A DNA stretch of 64,000 nucleotides from an uncultured Flavobacteriales bacterium (GCA_902462305.1 CABQBC010000002.1:76825-140824); one strand, 5' to 3'; numbered from the stretch's first letter, positions 1 through 10,682 are shown. Notes: generated by a model not told the origin, from the letters alone. Translations and numbers: made by a program.

Positions 1-91
1 TCCAGAACATAAAGCCAACCATAAGCGCCACCACCAATACAGCGGCTTTCAGTATTTCGAGCACATATTTGTTAGTAAAAAATTTCTTCAC
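1..91 (-). CDS. hypothetical membrane-anchored protein, 5' end only (runs off the window)
   Basis: Open minus-strand frame from GTG at 89-91. It reads VKKFFTNKYVLEILKAAVLVVALMVGFMFW, which contains one hydrophobic helix. It begins about 40 nt downstream of the pheT stop. Too short to identify. Confidence 0.25.
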   Translation of the reverse strand, partial: MKKFFTNKYVLEILKAAVLVVALMVGFMFW

Positions 92-130
92 TTCCCGATG
101 CAAAAATTTATATTTTCCCCGTAACGGTCA

Positions 131-2557
131 TTAAGCGCGGACAGACGCGCCGAGTTGTTTTTCAAACGCCGAAACGAGCTTTTTCATAGCGCCGTCTATT
201 CGTTTGTCGTCGAGTGTTTTTTCGTCATCGCAAAGAGTAAAACTCAACGCGTACGATTTTTTCCCCGCAGGTATGCCAGCACCCTGATACACATCGAACA
301 AGTTGACACACCTGAGTATGGAGCGTTCGGCCGAAAAAGCCGTATCGTACAGCTGCTGGTATGTAACGTCTTTGTCCACCACCAGCGCCAGGTCGCGGCG
401 CACGGAAGGGAATTTCGGCAGATCCGAACATACGGTTTTCACTCCGCGCGATATTTTGAGTACGTTTTCCCAAAGAACGTCGCAATAGAATACATCCTGG
501 TCTATATCGAAAGCCTTGAGTATCCGGCGAGCCACTTTTCCTATCCTGGCCACAGGAGTTTTCCTGCTGAATATTTCCACCGCTTCGGCGAATATGTCGC
601 TATCGCACGGTTTGCACGAAAGGTTCTTAACACCCAAAGCCCCCATAACCCTGTCAAAATCGGCGCGAAGGTCGTAGAACGAACAATCCTGTTGCGCCCC
701 GCGCCACGATTCAGTATTCTTTTTGCCGGTAATAAGCATCGATACATGGAACTCTTCCACGTATTTATCCGAGAACTTGTTGTACGTTTTGCCAAGTTCA
801 AAAAGACGAAGGTCCGAATTGCGGAAACTGATATTGCGCGCCACCGCCTCCAGACCGCTGAAAAGAAGGCTCTGGCGCAGTGTGTCCAGGTCGCTGCTGA
901 GCGGATTGAGCAGTTTTACCGATGCCGACCGGTCTATATCCCCAGTAAGTTCGGCATACGAACCTTTGGTGAGCGAATTAGACATCATCTCGTTGTACCC
1001 ATTGGCCGCAAGGATATCCGCCGCCACATTGAAAAGGCGTTCCGGACTTCGTTTGTCGTCCGAGACAATGGATGTGTGCAGATAAGGACTTACCTCGACA
1101 TTGTTGTAACCGTACACACGGAGTATGTCTTCCACCACATCGGCCTCGCGCTGTACATCCACGCGGTAAGGCGGGACTTTGAGCAAAAGTTCGTCGCCGT
1201 TTTCTCCGACTATTTCTATTTCCAGTGCAGCCAGTATTCTCTTGATATCGGCTGCCGGTATTTTCTTACCGAGCAATTTTTCCGCATGGGAAAGACGGAA
1301 CACCACATCGAACGGTTTTTTAACCCCCTCGTCGGAACATACGTCCGCTATCCGCGAAGCTACGTGCCCGCCCGCCACTTCGCACATAAGGCGCGCGGCC
1401 AGTTTCAGAGCCTCTACCGTGATATTCGGGTCTATACCCCTTTCAAAACGGAACGAAGCATCCGTATGAAGTCCGTGGCGTTTGGCCGTGCGGCGCACCG
1501 ATACGGGATCGAAATAAGCGCTTTCGATGAAAACATCGGTCGTATCGTCCTTTATTCCGGATTCGATGCCTCCGAAAACTCCGGCTATGCACATAGGCCC
1601 GTCAGCCGAACATATCATAAGATCCTGAGACGAAAGTTTGCGCTCCACCCCGTCCAAAGTAACGAACGGAGTTCCCTCCGGGCAGGTCTTGACTATAATT
1701 TCACTGCCTGACTGGCGCATATCGAAAGCATGCAGCGGTTGTCCGAGCGAATGCAGAACATAATTGGTTATGTCCACTACGTTGTTTATCGGGTTCAGAC
1801 CTATGGCGCGCAATCGGTTGGCAAGCCACGACGGCGACGGGGCCACCTTTACCCCTTTGACCACAACACCAGCATAACGCGGTGCGCGTTCGGGGGACTC
1901 GACCGTTATTTTTACAGTATCTTCATCCGATTCGGTTATCGTATTTTCAGGCATCGTTATTTTATAATCCTGCCCATGGTACTTGAGACGCGCCAGAAGG
2001 TCGCGTACGACGCCCAAGTGGCTCATCGCATCGGCACGGTTAGGCGTAAGACCTATTTCGAACACAGTGTCGTTCTCTATCCCGAACACTTCCGCCGCCG
2101 GAGTCCCGGCCGGTATGTCGTCCGGCAACACCATTATGCCATCGTGCGATGCTCCCAAGCCCAATTCGTCTTCGGCACATATCATACCGAAGGATTTTTC
2201 GCCGCGTATCTTGCTTTCTTTTATGGTAAACGAATCTCCTTTGTCATCGTACAGTACCGTGCCTATCGTAGCCACGGGTACGGTCTGTCCCGAAGCCACG
2301 TTCGGCGCACCGCACACTATCTGTACGGGCTGCCCGTCCCCAAGATCCACTGTAGTTATGTGCAGATGGTCCGAATTAGGATGGTCCACACACGTAAGCA
2401 CTTTCCCTATAACGACTCCTTTAAGACCTCCGCGAAGGCTTTCCCATTCTTCCAGACCTTCTATTTCAAGTCCCAGGTCGGTGAGTATTTCCGCCGCTTC
2501 TTCGCCCCCTAACGTAACGGGAGCGAACTGCCTGAGCCAGTTGTAAGATATCTTCAT
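131..2557 (-). CDS. pheT: phenylalanine--tRNA ligase beta subunit
   Basis: 808 aa ORF. The N-terminus MKISYNWLRQF and the tRNA-binding, B3/4, B5 and anticodon-binding-like layout are typical of PheT. Confidence 0.95.
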   Translation of the reverse strand: MKISYNWLRQFAPVTLGGEEAAEILTDLGLEIEGLEEWESLRGGLKGVVIGKVLTCVDHPNSDHLHITTVDLGDGQPVQIVCGAPNVASGQTVPVATIGTVLYDDKGDSFTIKESKIRGEKSFGMICAEDELGLGASHDGIMVLPDDIPAGTPAAEVFGIENDTVFEIGLTPNRADAMSHLGVVRDLLARLKYHGQDYKITMPENTITESDEDTVKITVESPERAPRYAGVVVKGVKVAPSPSWLANRLRAIGLNPINNVVDITNYVLHSLGQPLHAFDMRQSGSEIIVKTCPEGTPFVTLDGVERKLSSQDLMICSADGPMCIAGVFGGIESGIKDDTTDVFIESAYFDPVSVRRTAKRHGLHTDASFRFERGIDPNITVEALKLAARLMCEVAGGHVASRIADVCSDEGVKKPFDVVFRLSHAEKLLGKKIPAADIKRILAALEIEIVGENGDELLLKVPPYRVDVQREADVVEDILRVYGYNNVEVSPYLHTSIVSDDKRSPERLFNVAADILAANGYNEMMSNSLTKGSYAELTGDIDRSASVKLLNPLSSDLDTLRQSLLFSGLEAVARNISFRNSDLRLFELGKTYNKFSDKYVEEFHVSMLITGKKNTESWRGAQQDCSFYDLRADFDRVMGALGVKNLSCKPCDSDIFAEAVEIFSRKTPVARIGKVARRILKAFDIDQDVFYCDVLWENVLKISRGVKTVCSDLPKFPSVRRDLALVVDKDVTYQQLYDTAFSAERSILRCVNLFDVYQGAGIPAGKKSYALSFTLCDDEKTLDDKRIDGAMKKLVSAFEKQLGASVRA

Positions 2558-2607
2558 CTTTACCTTTTATAAGAATAAATTTTTATTTGCAAAGTATTCA
2601 AGATGTG

Positions 2608-2615
2608 CAAAGATA
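2608..2615 (-). promoter_or_regulatory. candidate Bacteroidetes -7 promoter box (TATCTTTG) for pheT
   Basis: The minus strand reads TATCTTTG, matching TAnnTTTG, about 50 nt upstream of the pheT ATG. Confidence 0.35.
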
Positions 2616-2639
2616 CGAATTAGGGCCGTTACTTGTCCT

Positions 2640-2686
2640 AAAAAAAACCTTTCCGGGGGATACCCGCCATGATATTCCCCGGAAAG
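2640..2686 (-). terminator. rho-independent terminator after the HU-SPOR gene
   Basis: 10 bp stem (ctttccgggg / ccccggaaag) followed on the minus strand by a T8 run. It lies about 30 nt after the stop at 2718. Confidence 0.55.
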
Positions 2687-2717
2687 ACACATCCGGAACA
2701 GCCCTGCCCCGTAAATA

Positions 2718-4268
2718 TTATTTCTTCCTGTTTTTCGGATATACTTTTATCCATACTTCAGGGTTTTCGCTTTCCTCTATCTTCTCCCGCAGTTCTTCGG
2801 CCTGCTGCATGGAAGCGAAACCTCCGTAGGCCACCATATACAAACTGCCCTGACGGCCCGCATACACGGCATCGTAACCCTTGGACTTGAGATCGGCCAG
2901 CAGCGCACGCGCTTTTTCGAGAGAACGCATGGAACCTGCGATAACGTAATAAGGTTCGCCCGGCACGTATCCGGGTTCGAAATCTCCGGTCTGCAAAACG
3001 GAATCGACAGCCGGAGCCTGTGCCTTGACTACAGTATCAGACACGTTTTTAACACTGTCGGACACCGCAGGAACGGACGTTTGCGGCACGGGAGCAACGG
3101 CATCCTGTTGTACCGCAGTATTTCTGGAATCTTCGGCAGCATAGTAGAAATAATGGTTTATTTCCGCCCAGTACATATACACCAAAAGGAGTATGAATGC
3201 CACTGCAACAGCCAGTCCGGCCCATATTATCTTACTCAGTCCGCGTTTTCTGTGCGGTTCGTCATCCATTTTTTCCCCTTCGCCCCAACTGAGTTTCCGT
3301 TTTTCACTTTCATCGGCTGAGCTTTCACCCGAAATTTCTTCTATTACGGCAGTATATTGTTCTTCCGCAGCAATGATATCATCGTTATTCTCTTCGGTAC
3401 TTTGCGGCACATCATGGTCTTCCCGTGCCGGAATACCGCTTTCAGACATTCCGGAGGAGGCAGGAGGCACACATCCCGCCTGCTGTTCCAGAAGCGCTTT
3501 TTCAACCGCCTCGGTCATAACGGCACGCAATATGCTGTCCATAGCCTCCCGCTGCGCATCGTCTTCGGTACGCCTCACCTTTCCGACGACAGAGGAAATG
3601 AGCGAACGCGCAGCATGGTCGCTATCGACATAATTATCCCGCGTAGCTTTTTCCATAGCCTCCATGAGCACGGCATTGACGATGTTCCCTATGGCGCGGT
3701 TTTCCACGGCATTGTCTTCTATACCCGCATTAGTGGCGGCATCGACCACCAGATTGACGGCTTTGACCTTTATTTCAGCGTGGTCGGCCTGCGAAGGCAT
3801 CCGGGACATCTGATCGGAAATATGTTCGTGTTTCACAGGGATTTGACCGTCGCCCGACTCCGCAGAGGGAACACTGGAAACCAGTCCGTATTCTTCACGC
3901 GAGAAATTTTTCACTTCCGACGGCTCGAATGTCCATCGTCCGCCTTCTGCTTTTATGACACCGACACCGGATATTTCCACCGCATCGCCTTTTTCCAACT
4001 GCGAAATATAAAAATCGACCGCATGACTTATCTCGGAAAGCGCTTCGGCATAAGTTATATCCCTCATTCCTGCGATATACGAGGCTAACACGCCGTCGTT
4101 CACGCGCAGGGAGCGGTTGAAGACGAACTTCTTTGAACGCGGCGAATATTTACCGTGTTCCGCACTTTCAAACGAATCTTCCTCGCGGGCCACAAACCCG
4201 CCGAAACCGGGTATGATGACACACTGGTACAGATAAAGCGCATTTTCTACATATTTGTCTATCAACAT
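2718..4268 (-). CDS. HU/CCDC81-like N-terminal domain plus C-terminal SPOR domain protein
   Basis: N-terminal IIPGFGGFVAREE motif. Acidic low-complexity middle section. One TM helix (IIWAGLAVAVAFILLLVYMYW). C-terminal SPOR-like segment (YYVIAGSMRSLEKARALLADLKSKGYDAVY...). Confidence 0.8.
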   Translation of the reverse strand: MLIDKYVENALYLYQCVIIPGFGGFVAREEDSFESAEHGKYSPRSKKFVFNRSLRVNDGVLASYIAGMRDITYAEALSEISHAVDFYISQLEKGDAVEISGVGVIKAEGGRWTFEPSEVKNFSREEYGLVSSVPSAESGDGQIPVKHEHISDQMSRMPSQADHAEIKVKAVNLVVDAATNAGIEDNAVENRAIGNIVNAVLMEAMEKATRDNYVDSDHAARSLISSVVGKVRRTEDDAQREAMDSILRAVMTEAVEKALLEQQAGCVPPASSGMSESGIPAREDHDVPQSTEENNDDIIAAEEQYTAVIEEISGESSADESEKRKLSWGEGEKMDDEPHRKRGLSKIIWAGLAVAVAFILLLVYMYWAEINHYFYYAAEDSRNTAVQQDAVAPVPQTSVPAVSDSVKNVSDTVVKAQAPAVDSVLQTGDFEPGYVPGEPYYVIAGSMRSLEKARALLADLKSKGYDAVYAGRQGSLYMVAYGGFASMQQAEELREKIEESENPEVWIKVYPKNRKK

Positions 4269-4354
4269 AATAAACAGTTTTATCGCACTTACGCGCCTGT
4301 GAATGAGGTAAAGATACTAAAATTAATATAACACAAAGAAAAAAGCGGTCATTT

Positions 4355-5545
4355 TTAATATGATGCCCTTGCCCCCGGCGTAAGCCCATAGTATTTTCCT
4401 GGCAGCGATTCCACCACCCCGTCCAGTTCCATATCGAGCAAAAGCGGGGACAGCCGGAACGGCGGAAGACCTGTCTGCGCGCACAACTCGTCTATATGCA
4501 GTTTTTCAACCTTCGACAATATATCGGCAACAGGCCGTGCCTGCGGGCTTATCTCGACGAATGCCGCGGTTTGAGCGGACGATGCTGCGCCGGACTTCGG
4601 CAAAACATCGAGCCCCAGTTCTTCTATTACCGTTTTCGGACAATCGAGCATTACCGCTTTGTTATGCCTTATCAGGGCATTGCACCCGGCCGAACACAGA
4701 TCGGTAGTGCGTCCGGGCACGGCAAACACTTCCCTTTGGTAACCCGACGCAAGTTCTGCCGTAATCAGCGCGCCGGCCTTGGCTTTGGCTTCCACCACAA
4801 TGGTAGCGCGGGCCATCCCGGCCACAATCCTGTTCCTTACCGGAAAAAACCCCGGCAACGGAGCCTGTTTATGACAGTATTCGGTCATAACGCCGCAGCC
4901 TTCGGCAGAACACATCTGGCGCGCCACATCCCTGTTATCCGACGGATACAACGGAGTACCGAGACCCTGGCCGAGTACGCCCACGGTATCCAGTCCGTTT
5001 TTGAGTGCCGCACGGTGGGCCGCCACATCCACTCCCTGTGCCAGTCCGCTGACGATTACCGGATTGTACGGCGCGAGGGCGTCTATTATTTCTGCCGTTA
5101 ACGCCGCGCCGTAAGGCGTTACGGAACGAGTTCCTACTACCGCCAGCACAATCCTGTCAGTCATAGAACCCACACTGCCCCGCACAAAAAGCATAACAGG
5201 CGCATCCGTGCAAAGTTTGAGCAGCGCAGGGTAGTCGTCTTCCCAAAAGCCTACGGCCCGTATGCCGTTTTTTTCACAGAAATCAGCCTCGGCCAACACT
5301 TCGGCGGGCACGTTGCGCGCAAGCACGGCACGGGCCGCCTCATCCTGTACGCCCCATGACCTCAAAGTGCGGTAGGGAATGCCGAAAACCGCCGCAGGGC
5401 TGCCGGCCTCCTCTATCATCCGTCCCACCCATCGCGACGACAACCTTCTGACCTTTAAAAGCGTCAAGGTATCTATCAACTCTTCCCTTGTCATAAGCAG
5501 CGTTTTGTCGTATGTTGTATAGCTATTGAATAAAACCGTCCACAA
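4355..5545 (-). CDS. dprA: DNA-processing protein DprA/Smf
   Basis: Rossmann-like DprA core (VVGTRSVTPYG, SGLAQGVDVAAHRAAL) with a C-terminal winged-helix-like tail. An alternative start, MTREEL, lies at 5494. Confidence 0.9.
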   Translation of the reverse strand: MWTVLFNSYTTYDKTLLMTREELIDTLTLLKVRRLSSRWVGRMIEEAGSPAAVFGIPYRTLRSWGVQDEAARAVLARNVPAEVLAEADFCEKNGIRAVGFWEDDYPALLKLCTDAPVMLFVRGSVGSMTDRIVLAVVGTRSVTPYGAALTAEIIDALAPYNPVIVSGLAQGVDVAAHRAALKNGLDTVGVLGQGLGTPLYPSDNRDVARQMCSAEGCGVMTEYCHKQAPLPGFFPVRNRIVAGMARATIVVEAKAKAGALITAELASGYQREVFAVPGRTTDLCSAGCNALIRHNKAVMLDCPKTVIEELGLDVLPKSGAASSAQTAAFVEISPQARPVADILSKVEKLHIDELCAQTGLPPFRLSPLLLDMELDGVVESLPGKYYGLTPGARASY

Positions 5546-5560
5546 ACACGTATTCAGGCA

Positions 5561-7804
5561 TCATTTTCCCGGCATACGGTACATCGACAGCGAACCTTCG
5601 GGCGAAGCGGTAACCACGCATACCTGTCCGTTCTTGGAAAAATCCGCAGCGGTAAAGCGGCCGCCCCCAGGAACCGGATAACCGGGAAGAGCCTGTCCGT
5701 TCATGCCGATACCGTATATTTTACCGCCCGACACGGAATATACCACGGCACTTGTACGCCCTACATAGACCGCATGCGAAACGGGCGAATGCGGGGTTTT
5801 CACTTTCTGCATCTTGCCGGAAAGCAGGACGCTTATCTCGTTGGTAGAAGATATCCTCGCATCGGGCGACGAGGGCTTCATTTTCTTGGCGCGCGCCACT
5901 TTATCGGCCGACGTGACATAATTTCCGTTGCGGTCTATCACATGGAAACGCCCGTCGGCTGTCGAGAACACCATCTGGTATTTTTTGTTGTCGTATAGAT
6001 CGGCGGCTATTACGGGCGAAGACACTGCCGATGCCAGTTTCTTTTTCCAGAATAGCTTACCCTGGTCCGAAATCAGATACATATTGCCCGAAACATCGAA
6101 CGCAAGCACATCGTAACGCCCCGTTTTATGATTCGGAAAGGCCACCGGGTCAGCGGCCGGAGCGGCATCCATTTTAAAAGACCATGCCTTTACCGCCTCG
6201 CGCGGCACACTGTCGTCCCACATGAAACGGCTGTTCAAAAAAGGCACGCCGCCGGTGGAGCTGACCTGGAAGAAATTGTATTTGAGTTTCGAGAACATCC
6301 TGAAGTTGGAACGCATATACTTCTCCACTTCGCTCAGAGAATAATCCCTGGCCTTCAGTTTTGCCGACGCGGCCGCAGCCATATCCGCACTCCACAAATC
6401 GCCGCGTACCATGGCCAGCATGTTGGTATTGGTCGCCAGGGACGATTTTGCCTGCTTGTACTGCTGGGAAGAAGCCAAAGTAGTCCCCGAATTCACATCG
6501 TCTATCACAGTCTTCAACACGGACAAATCGTGGGAAAACACAGCCACATCGCCCAACACGGCCCCGTAACCGACGCCTTTGGGACCCATAGATTTTTCCA
6601 CCAATTCGGAAAACACCGTCCTGCGGCCGACAGGCACGATGTCGTATCCTCCATATTTGTCCGGAGGCACGACCGACGAATCCCTCAACATCTCCAGCGC
6701 GTTGCGGGCGGCTTCGGCATCCGACACACCTACGAAAACGCTGTTACGCGCATCATAATACGGCTCGCCGGCAACTCTCACCACGGCAATGCCTTTGCCG
6801 GCCCAGGGTGTGAAAAACTTCACGAAATCACCGCCGAACAGTTTGTTGTATTTCTGTACGGCATTGTTGTACAAATGAAAATGCGACGAAGCCTTGAGGT
6901 ATTGCATATTGTCGGCGAAGAACTTTTTCCAATCGGACACGCCGAGATATGTATATGCCAGCGTAGACGCAGGGAAATAAGAATCCAACGTCATCGCACC
7001 GGATTTTTGCGCCGAAAGCACACGTGCGAAAGACGACGTCGAATCCGAAGCGCAGAACATCCCTTCTACCGTCACCATTGCCGTATCGACGGCCAATTCC
7101 GCCGAAAGCCACGGAGAAAGCCTTCCCGGAAGGCCCATTTCCCTGAAACCCAAAGATTTTTCCACATACGAAGACACTGCCGGCAAATTTACCAGCACGA
7201 CAGCCTCCCGTCCCGAAGGCAGCGCGGAAAAAGCCTTGGCAAACGATCCGTCGGAAGAAAGAGTGGCCCCGGACGCGCTCTGAAGCACGGATTGCTCAAG
7301 ATAAAGCCTGTCTGTAGAGCCTACCAGCACTCCCGACGACACGTAGTACGAAAAGTCCCCGTCCGGCGCGGTAACGGTCGTGACGGCCGTTTTTTCGTAT
7401 TCGGAATCCGCCAATGTCGTATCGGCCCCGAACGAAGGAGCCTGAAAACGGGTTCCTACTTCAGATATATACAGAAAAGAAAGGCCTTTCGCTCCCACCT
7501 TCGACACGGCAACGGTCATAGGGCGCGACGAAACCCTGTCCCCTCCCAACCTGAGCATCATACCGTATCCTCGCGCGGCATCCTTTTTGGCATCCGTACC
7601 GCCGAATGCCTCAAGATATTTCGACTCTGAGGCCGAAACGGAAAACGCTTCCGGATTGCGGATTTTACACACTATCATTGTACCTACCGGCACAGCTTCG
7701 ACCGATATTTCCTCCGGCGTTTTTTTCTCTCCCGAACACCCCGCGGCAAAGACAGCGGCCACAGAGCACAACACGCCGACTGTCAATATTTTAATACTGC
7801 CCAT
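5561..7804 (-). CDS. large lipoprotein of unknown function with C-terminal FG-GAP-like repeats
   Basis: SPII signal MGSIKILTVGVLCSVAAVFAAGC. The C-terminal roughly 200 aa contain repeated segments such as AADLYDNKKYQMVF and AADFSKNGQVCVV. These resemble FG-GAP/beta-propeller blades. Confidence 0.7.
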   Translation of the reverse strand: MGSIKILTVGVLCSVAAVFAAGCSGEKKTPEEISVEAVPVGTMIVCKIRNPEAFSVSASESKYLEAFGGTDAKKDAARGYGMMLRLGGDRVSSRPMTVAVSKVGAKGLSFLYISEVGTRFQAPSFGADTTLADSEYEKTAVTTVTAPDGDFSYYVSSGVLVGSTDRLYLEQSVLQSASGATLSSDGSFAKAFSALPSGREAVVLVNLPAVSSYVEKSLGFREMGLPGRLSPWLSAELAVDTAMVTVEGMFCASDSTSSFARVLSAQKSGAMTLDSYFPASTLAYTYLGVSDWKKFFADNMQYLKASSHFHLYNNAVQKYNKLFGGDFVKFFTPWAGKGIAVVRVAGEPYYDARNSVFVGVSDAEAARNALEMLRDSSVVPPDKYGGYDIVPVGRRTVFSELVEKSMGPKGVGYGAVLGDVAVFSHDLSVLKTVIDDVNSGTTLASSQQYKQAKSSLATNTNMLAMVRGDLWSADMAAAASAKLKARDYSLSEVEKYMRSNFRMFSKLKYNFFQVSSTGGVPFLNSRFMWDDSVPREAVKAWSFKMDAAPAADPVAFPNHKTGRYDVLAFDVSGNMYLISDQGKLFWKKKLASAVSSPVIAADLYDNKKYQMVFSTADGRFHVIDRNGNYVTSADKVARAKKMKPSSPDARISSTNEISVLLSGKMQKVKTPHSPVSHAVYVGRTSAVVYSVSGGKIYGIGMNGQALPGYPVPGGGRFTAADFSKNGQVCVVTASPEGSLSMYRMPGK

Positions 7805-7948
7805 ACGATTTTCCGTTTTCTATTTGCAAAGCGGCGGCTACCCGCCCTAAATCCTGCTTTAAAGGAATTCAAATGTACGGACATTTATGAACATAGACAA
7901 AACAGCCGGAACGTGCCGGAATGCCGTTTACGGACGGTGCGGACTATA

Positions 7949-8383
7949 CTACACCACTCCCGAAAAATAACGGCTGAAAATAACCCTGTCGAAAGAGTAT
8001 TTTCCTCCGCCTAAAAACAATACCAGCACGTAGAAGCCAAGGTACATTACGGCAAGTTCTTTCACGGCAAACACATCCGACCCGTGTACCACAGTTACGG
8101 CCACCGCCATGTTGAATATCAGAGGAAGCACGGCCAGGCGAGTCATCACCCCCAGTATCAGCAGCAGCGAACATCCCACCTCGGCAAGTATGGCCAAAAC
8201 GAGCGAAAGATAACTGCCCAAACCTATAGGGTCCGGAAACGTCGCAGACAACAGGTTAAAAGAAAATATTTTCGGTATTCCGTGAGTGAGCATCAAAAAT
8301 CCGATGAACACCCTTGCGCCCAACGCCAGAAAAGGATACGCCTTTTTGGACAGGGACGAATCGAGAAGGAAAAAATCTTTCAT
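7949..8383 (-). CDS. DoxX family membrane protein
   Basis: 144 aa with 4 predicted TM helices. The N-terminal ARVFIGFLMLTHGIPKI pattern is typical of DoxX. Confidence 0.8.
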   Translation of the reverse strand: MKDFFLLDSSLSKKAYPFLALGARVFIGFLMLTHGIPKIFSFNLLSATFPDPIGLGSYLSLVLAILAEVGCSLLLILGVMTRLAVLPLIFNMAVAVTVVHGSDVFAVKELAVMYLGFYVLVLFLGGGKYSFDRVIFSRYFSGVV

Positions 8384-8581
8384 ATCAGTTCAGGTTTTAA
8401 AATGTATTTTTCTTCCGGCAAATGCACAGCCGTATCCCGACGGCCGGCGCCAGGTCATAAATATACTATTAATAATTGATTATCCGTTTTTTTAAAGCCC
8501 AAAAAAACAGTAGAAAATCAACCCGCCTGGAATACAAATCTTAAATATCATCCGTTCGGTGCGAAAATACCGGCTTCACAC

Positions 8582-9184
8582 TCACAAATCGAGTGCGGTC
8601 TGCCCGTTCAAAAGGCGGAAAGACATCCTGTGAAGCGGGCAAGGCCCGAATTTCTCTATCGCACGGCGATGGTCGGCAGTAGGATAACCTTTGTTCTTGT
8701 CCCAGCAATACTGCGGATATTCCCCGGCCATTACCTCCATAAGTTCATCGCGGTGCGTTTTTGCAAGAACCGAAGCGGCGGCTATCTCGTAATACGTAGC
8801 ATCCCCTTTGACTATGCATCTGTACGGTATTCCGGCATAAGGACGGAATTTATTGCCATCCACTAACAACATTGCGGGTACTACGGACAATTTGCCAACG
8901 CTCGACTGCATCGCTTCGACCGAAGCCCATAGAATATTTATCTCGTCTATCCTGCCGGGAGGATTGTGGGTGACGGCCCAGCTCACCGCCTCACGCTCTA
9001 TTTCGGCACGAAGTATATTGCGTTGGCGGACGGTCAATTGTTTGGAATCGTTCAGCATACCGTTGACATAATCCGGCGGCAATACCACCGCAGCTGCCGT
9101 TACAGGGCCGGCAAGGCATCCGCGTCCGGCCTCGTCGGTCCCGGCCACAACCACGGAAGCATCTTCCCAATGTCTTAAAGCCAT
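8582..9184 (-). CDS. rnhB: ribonuclease HII
   Basis: The GTDEAGRGCLAGPV active-site motif and the 200 aa length fit RNase HII. Confidence 0.95.
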   Translation of the reverse strand: MALRHWEDASVVVAGTDEAGRGCLAGPVTAAAVVLPPDYVNGMLNDSKQLTVRQRNILRAEIEREAVSWAVTHNPPGRIDEINILWASVEAMQSSVGKLSVVPAMLLVDGNKFRPYAGIPYRCIVKGDATYYEIAAASVLAKTHRDELMEVMAGEYPQYCWDKNKGYPTADHRRAIEKFGPCPLHRMSFRLLNGQTALDL

Positions 9185-9393
9185 TTCGTCATCCTATTTA
9201 TTGTTACCGGCAAAATTACCGTTTTTACCGAAGACCCCCTGTTTTCAGAGTACGGAATTTCACATAAATTTACGCCGGAGCATTCGTATAGCGCAAACAA
9301 CACACCCGCCCGAAAACCATTTGCCCTGACATACCGTCCAGGACAAACGGCAAAAACATACCTGACAGACACTCAGATATCGGTTTTTATACA

Positions 9394-9401
9394 TACATTT
9401 G
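9394..9401 (+). promoter_or_regulatory. candidate -7 promoter box (TACATTTG) for the thioredoxin-like gene
   Basis: Matches TAnnTTTG, 53 nt upstream of the ATG at 9454. The leader is CA-rich with no Shine-Dalgarno sequence. Confidence 0.35.
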
Positions 9402-9453
9402 TCGATATGTGCATAAAAAACAAGACACACAACAACAAACAACACATACAGCC

Positions 9454-10608
9454 ATGAAAAAATACATCAAATGGGGTGCACTGGTATTCCTGGTGCTGTG
9501 CGCATTTTTCTCTTTCACCCAGATAAGGAAAAATACCATATCAGGACAAATAACAGGCGCCGGGGAAGGCGATAGGATATTCCTCGCATCGTATCATGCG
9601 TCAAAGGATAAATTCGTAACGGACGATTCGGCTAAGGTGGCTTCCGACGGAACCTTCACCATAAAAACACAGGACAAGAACGAACTGACCCTTCTTTTTT
9701 TGGTCCCCAAAGGCGATACGCTGGATATTTCCGCAAGACAAAAGGCTCTTCAGGTATTTCTCGAAGGACTGGGTAAATACACCGTAAACGGCACGGCTGA
9801 AAACTTCTCATCCTCATCGGTTTCGGGAGGCGTATATGAATATCCCGAACAGAAAACCTTGGATTCTCTGAATACCGCAATAGAGAATATGCGGGCACAA
9901 TCCATGGAATTGCGCAAAAACGAAACGCCCGATACAGCAGCTGTAGCCGAATTCAACCGCCGGTGGAACGAACTGTGGAAAAAAGATGCCGAAACGAGAA
10001 AAGCCCTGATAGAAAACCACAACAACGATGCTTACGCAGCATACATCCTCAATGGCATGTGCTTTACGGCCTCGGCCGAAACAGTCAGCGGCATACAGGA
10101 ACTATACGGCAAACTAGGTGAAAAGGCATTGAAAACGTCCTATGCCAAAACCGCCAAAAAACGTATGGACAACATCAACTCGACAGTGGTCGGCAACACC
10201 GCTCCGGATTTTACCCTGACGTCGATAGAGGGCGATACGGTTTCGCTTTCTTCGCTCAGGGGAAAATGGGTGATACTGGAGTTCTGGGCTTCATGGTGCA
10301 AACCGTGCCGCTCCAACAATCCGCACATGGTCGGCATTTATGAAAAATACAACCCCAAAGGAGTTGAAGTGATAGGCATAGCATCATGGGACAAGGACGA
10401 AGATTGGAAAAAAGCCGTCGATGAAGACGACCTGCCGTGGATAAATGTCAACTCAGCAGAAAAAGTCAAAGGCCAGGACAACGTATCCGAAACATACGTC
10501 ATAAATTCAGTACCCACGTCGTTCCTGATAAATACTGAAGGAATTATCGTATATCGCGGCCATCCTGCATACATAGAGCAGCAACTCGAAAACTACGTGG
10601 GGAAATGA
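9454..10608 (+). CDS. TlpA/AhpC-TSA family thiol-disulfide oxidoreductase with N-terminal DUF4369-like domain
   Basis: Signal-anchor MKKYIKWGALVFLVLCAFF. C-terminal thioredoxin fold with WASWCKPCR (CxxC). I prefer the ATG at 9454 over the ORF-track start at 9409. Confidence 0.9.
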   Translation: MKKYIKWGALVFLVLCAFFSFTQIRKNTISGQITGAGEGDRIFLASYHASKDKFVTDDSAKVASDGTFTIKTQDKNELTLLFLVPKGDTLDISARQKALQVFLEGLGKYTVNGTAENFSSSSVSGGVYEYPEQKTLDSLNTAIENMRAQSMELRKNETPDTAAVAEFNRRWNELWKKDAETRKALIENHNNDAYAAYILNGMCFTASAETVSGIQELYGKLGEKALKTSYAKTAKKRMDNINSTVVGNTAPDFTLTSIEGDTVSLSSLRGKWVILEFWASWCKPCRSNNPHMVGIYEKYNPKGVEVIGIASWDKDEDWKKAVDEDDLPWINVNSAEKVKGQDNVSETYVINSVPTSFLINTEGIIVYRGHPAYIEQQLENYVGK

Positions 10609-10682
10609 CCCTTCACGAATTGCGATATTGCCGCTTTAAACAAAAGCTGTAAAACACATACCGCTAATAAACTTTAACCATG

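Noticed and set aside
155-1711. Very long antisense ORFs opposite confidently identified genes. Examples are 155-1711 opposite pheT, 6128-7630, 15459-16211, 43696-44784, 48364-49647, 50915-52150 and 59195-60682.
   Set aside because: Their translations are Arg/His/Phe/Tyr-rich and low in complexity, with no recognisable domains. Each lies fully inside a gene with clear family motifs on the other strand. This is the expected shadow-frame effect of codon bias, not overlapping genes.
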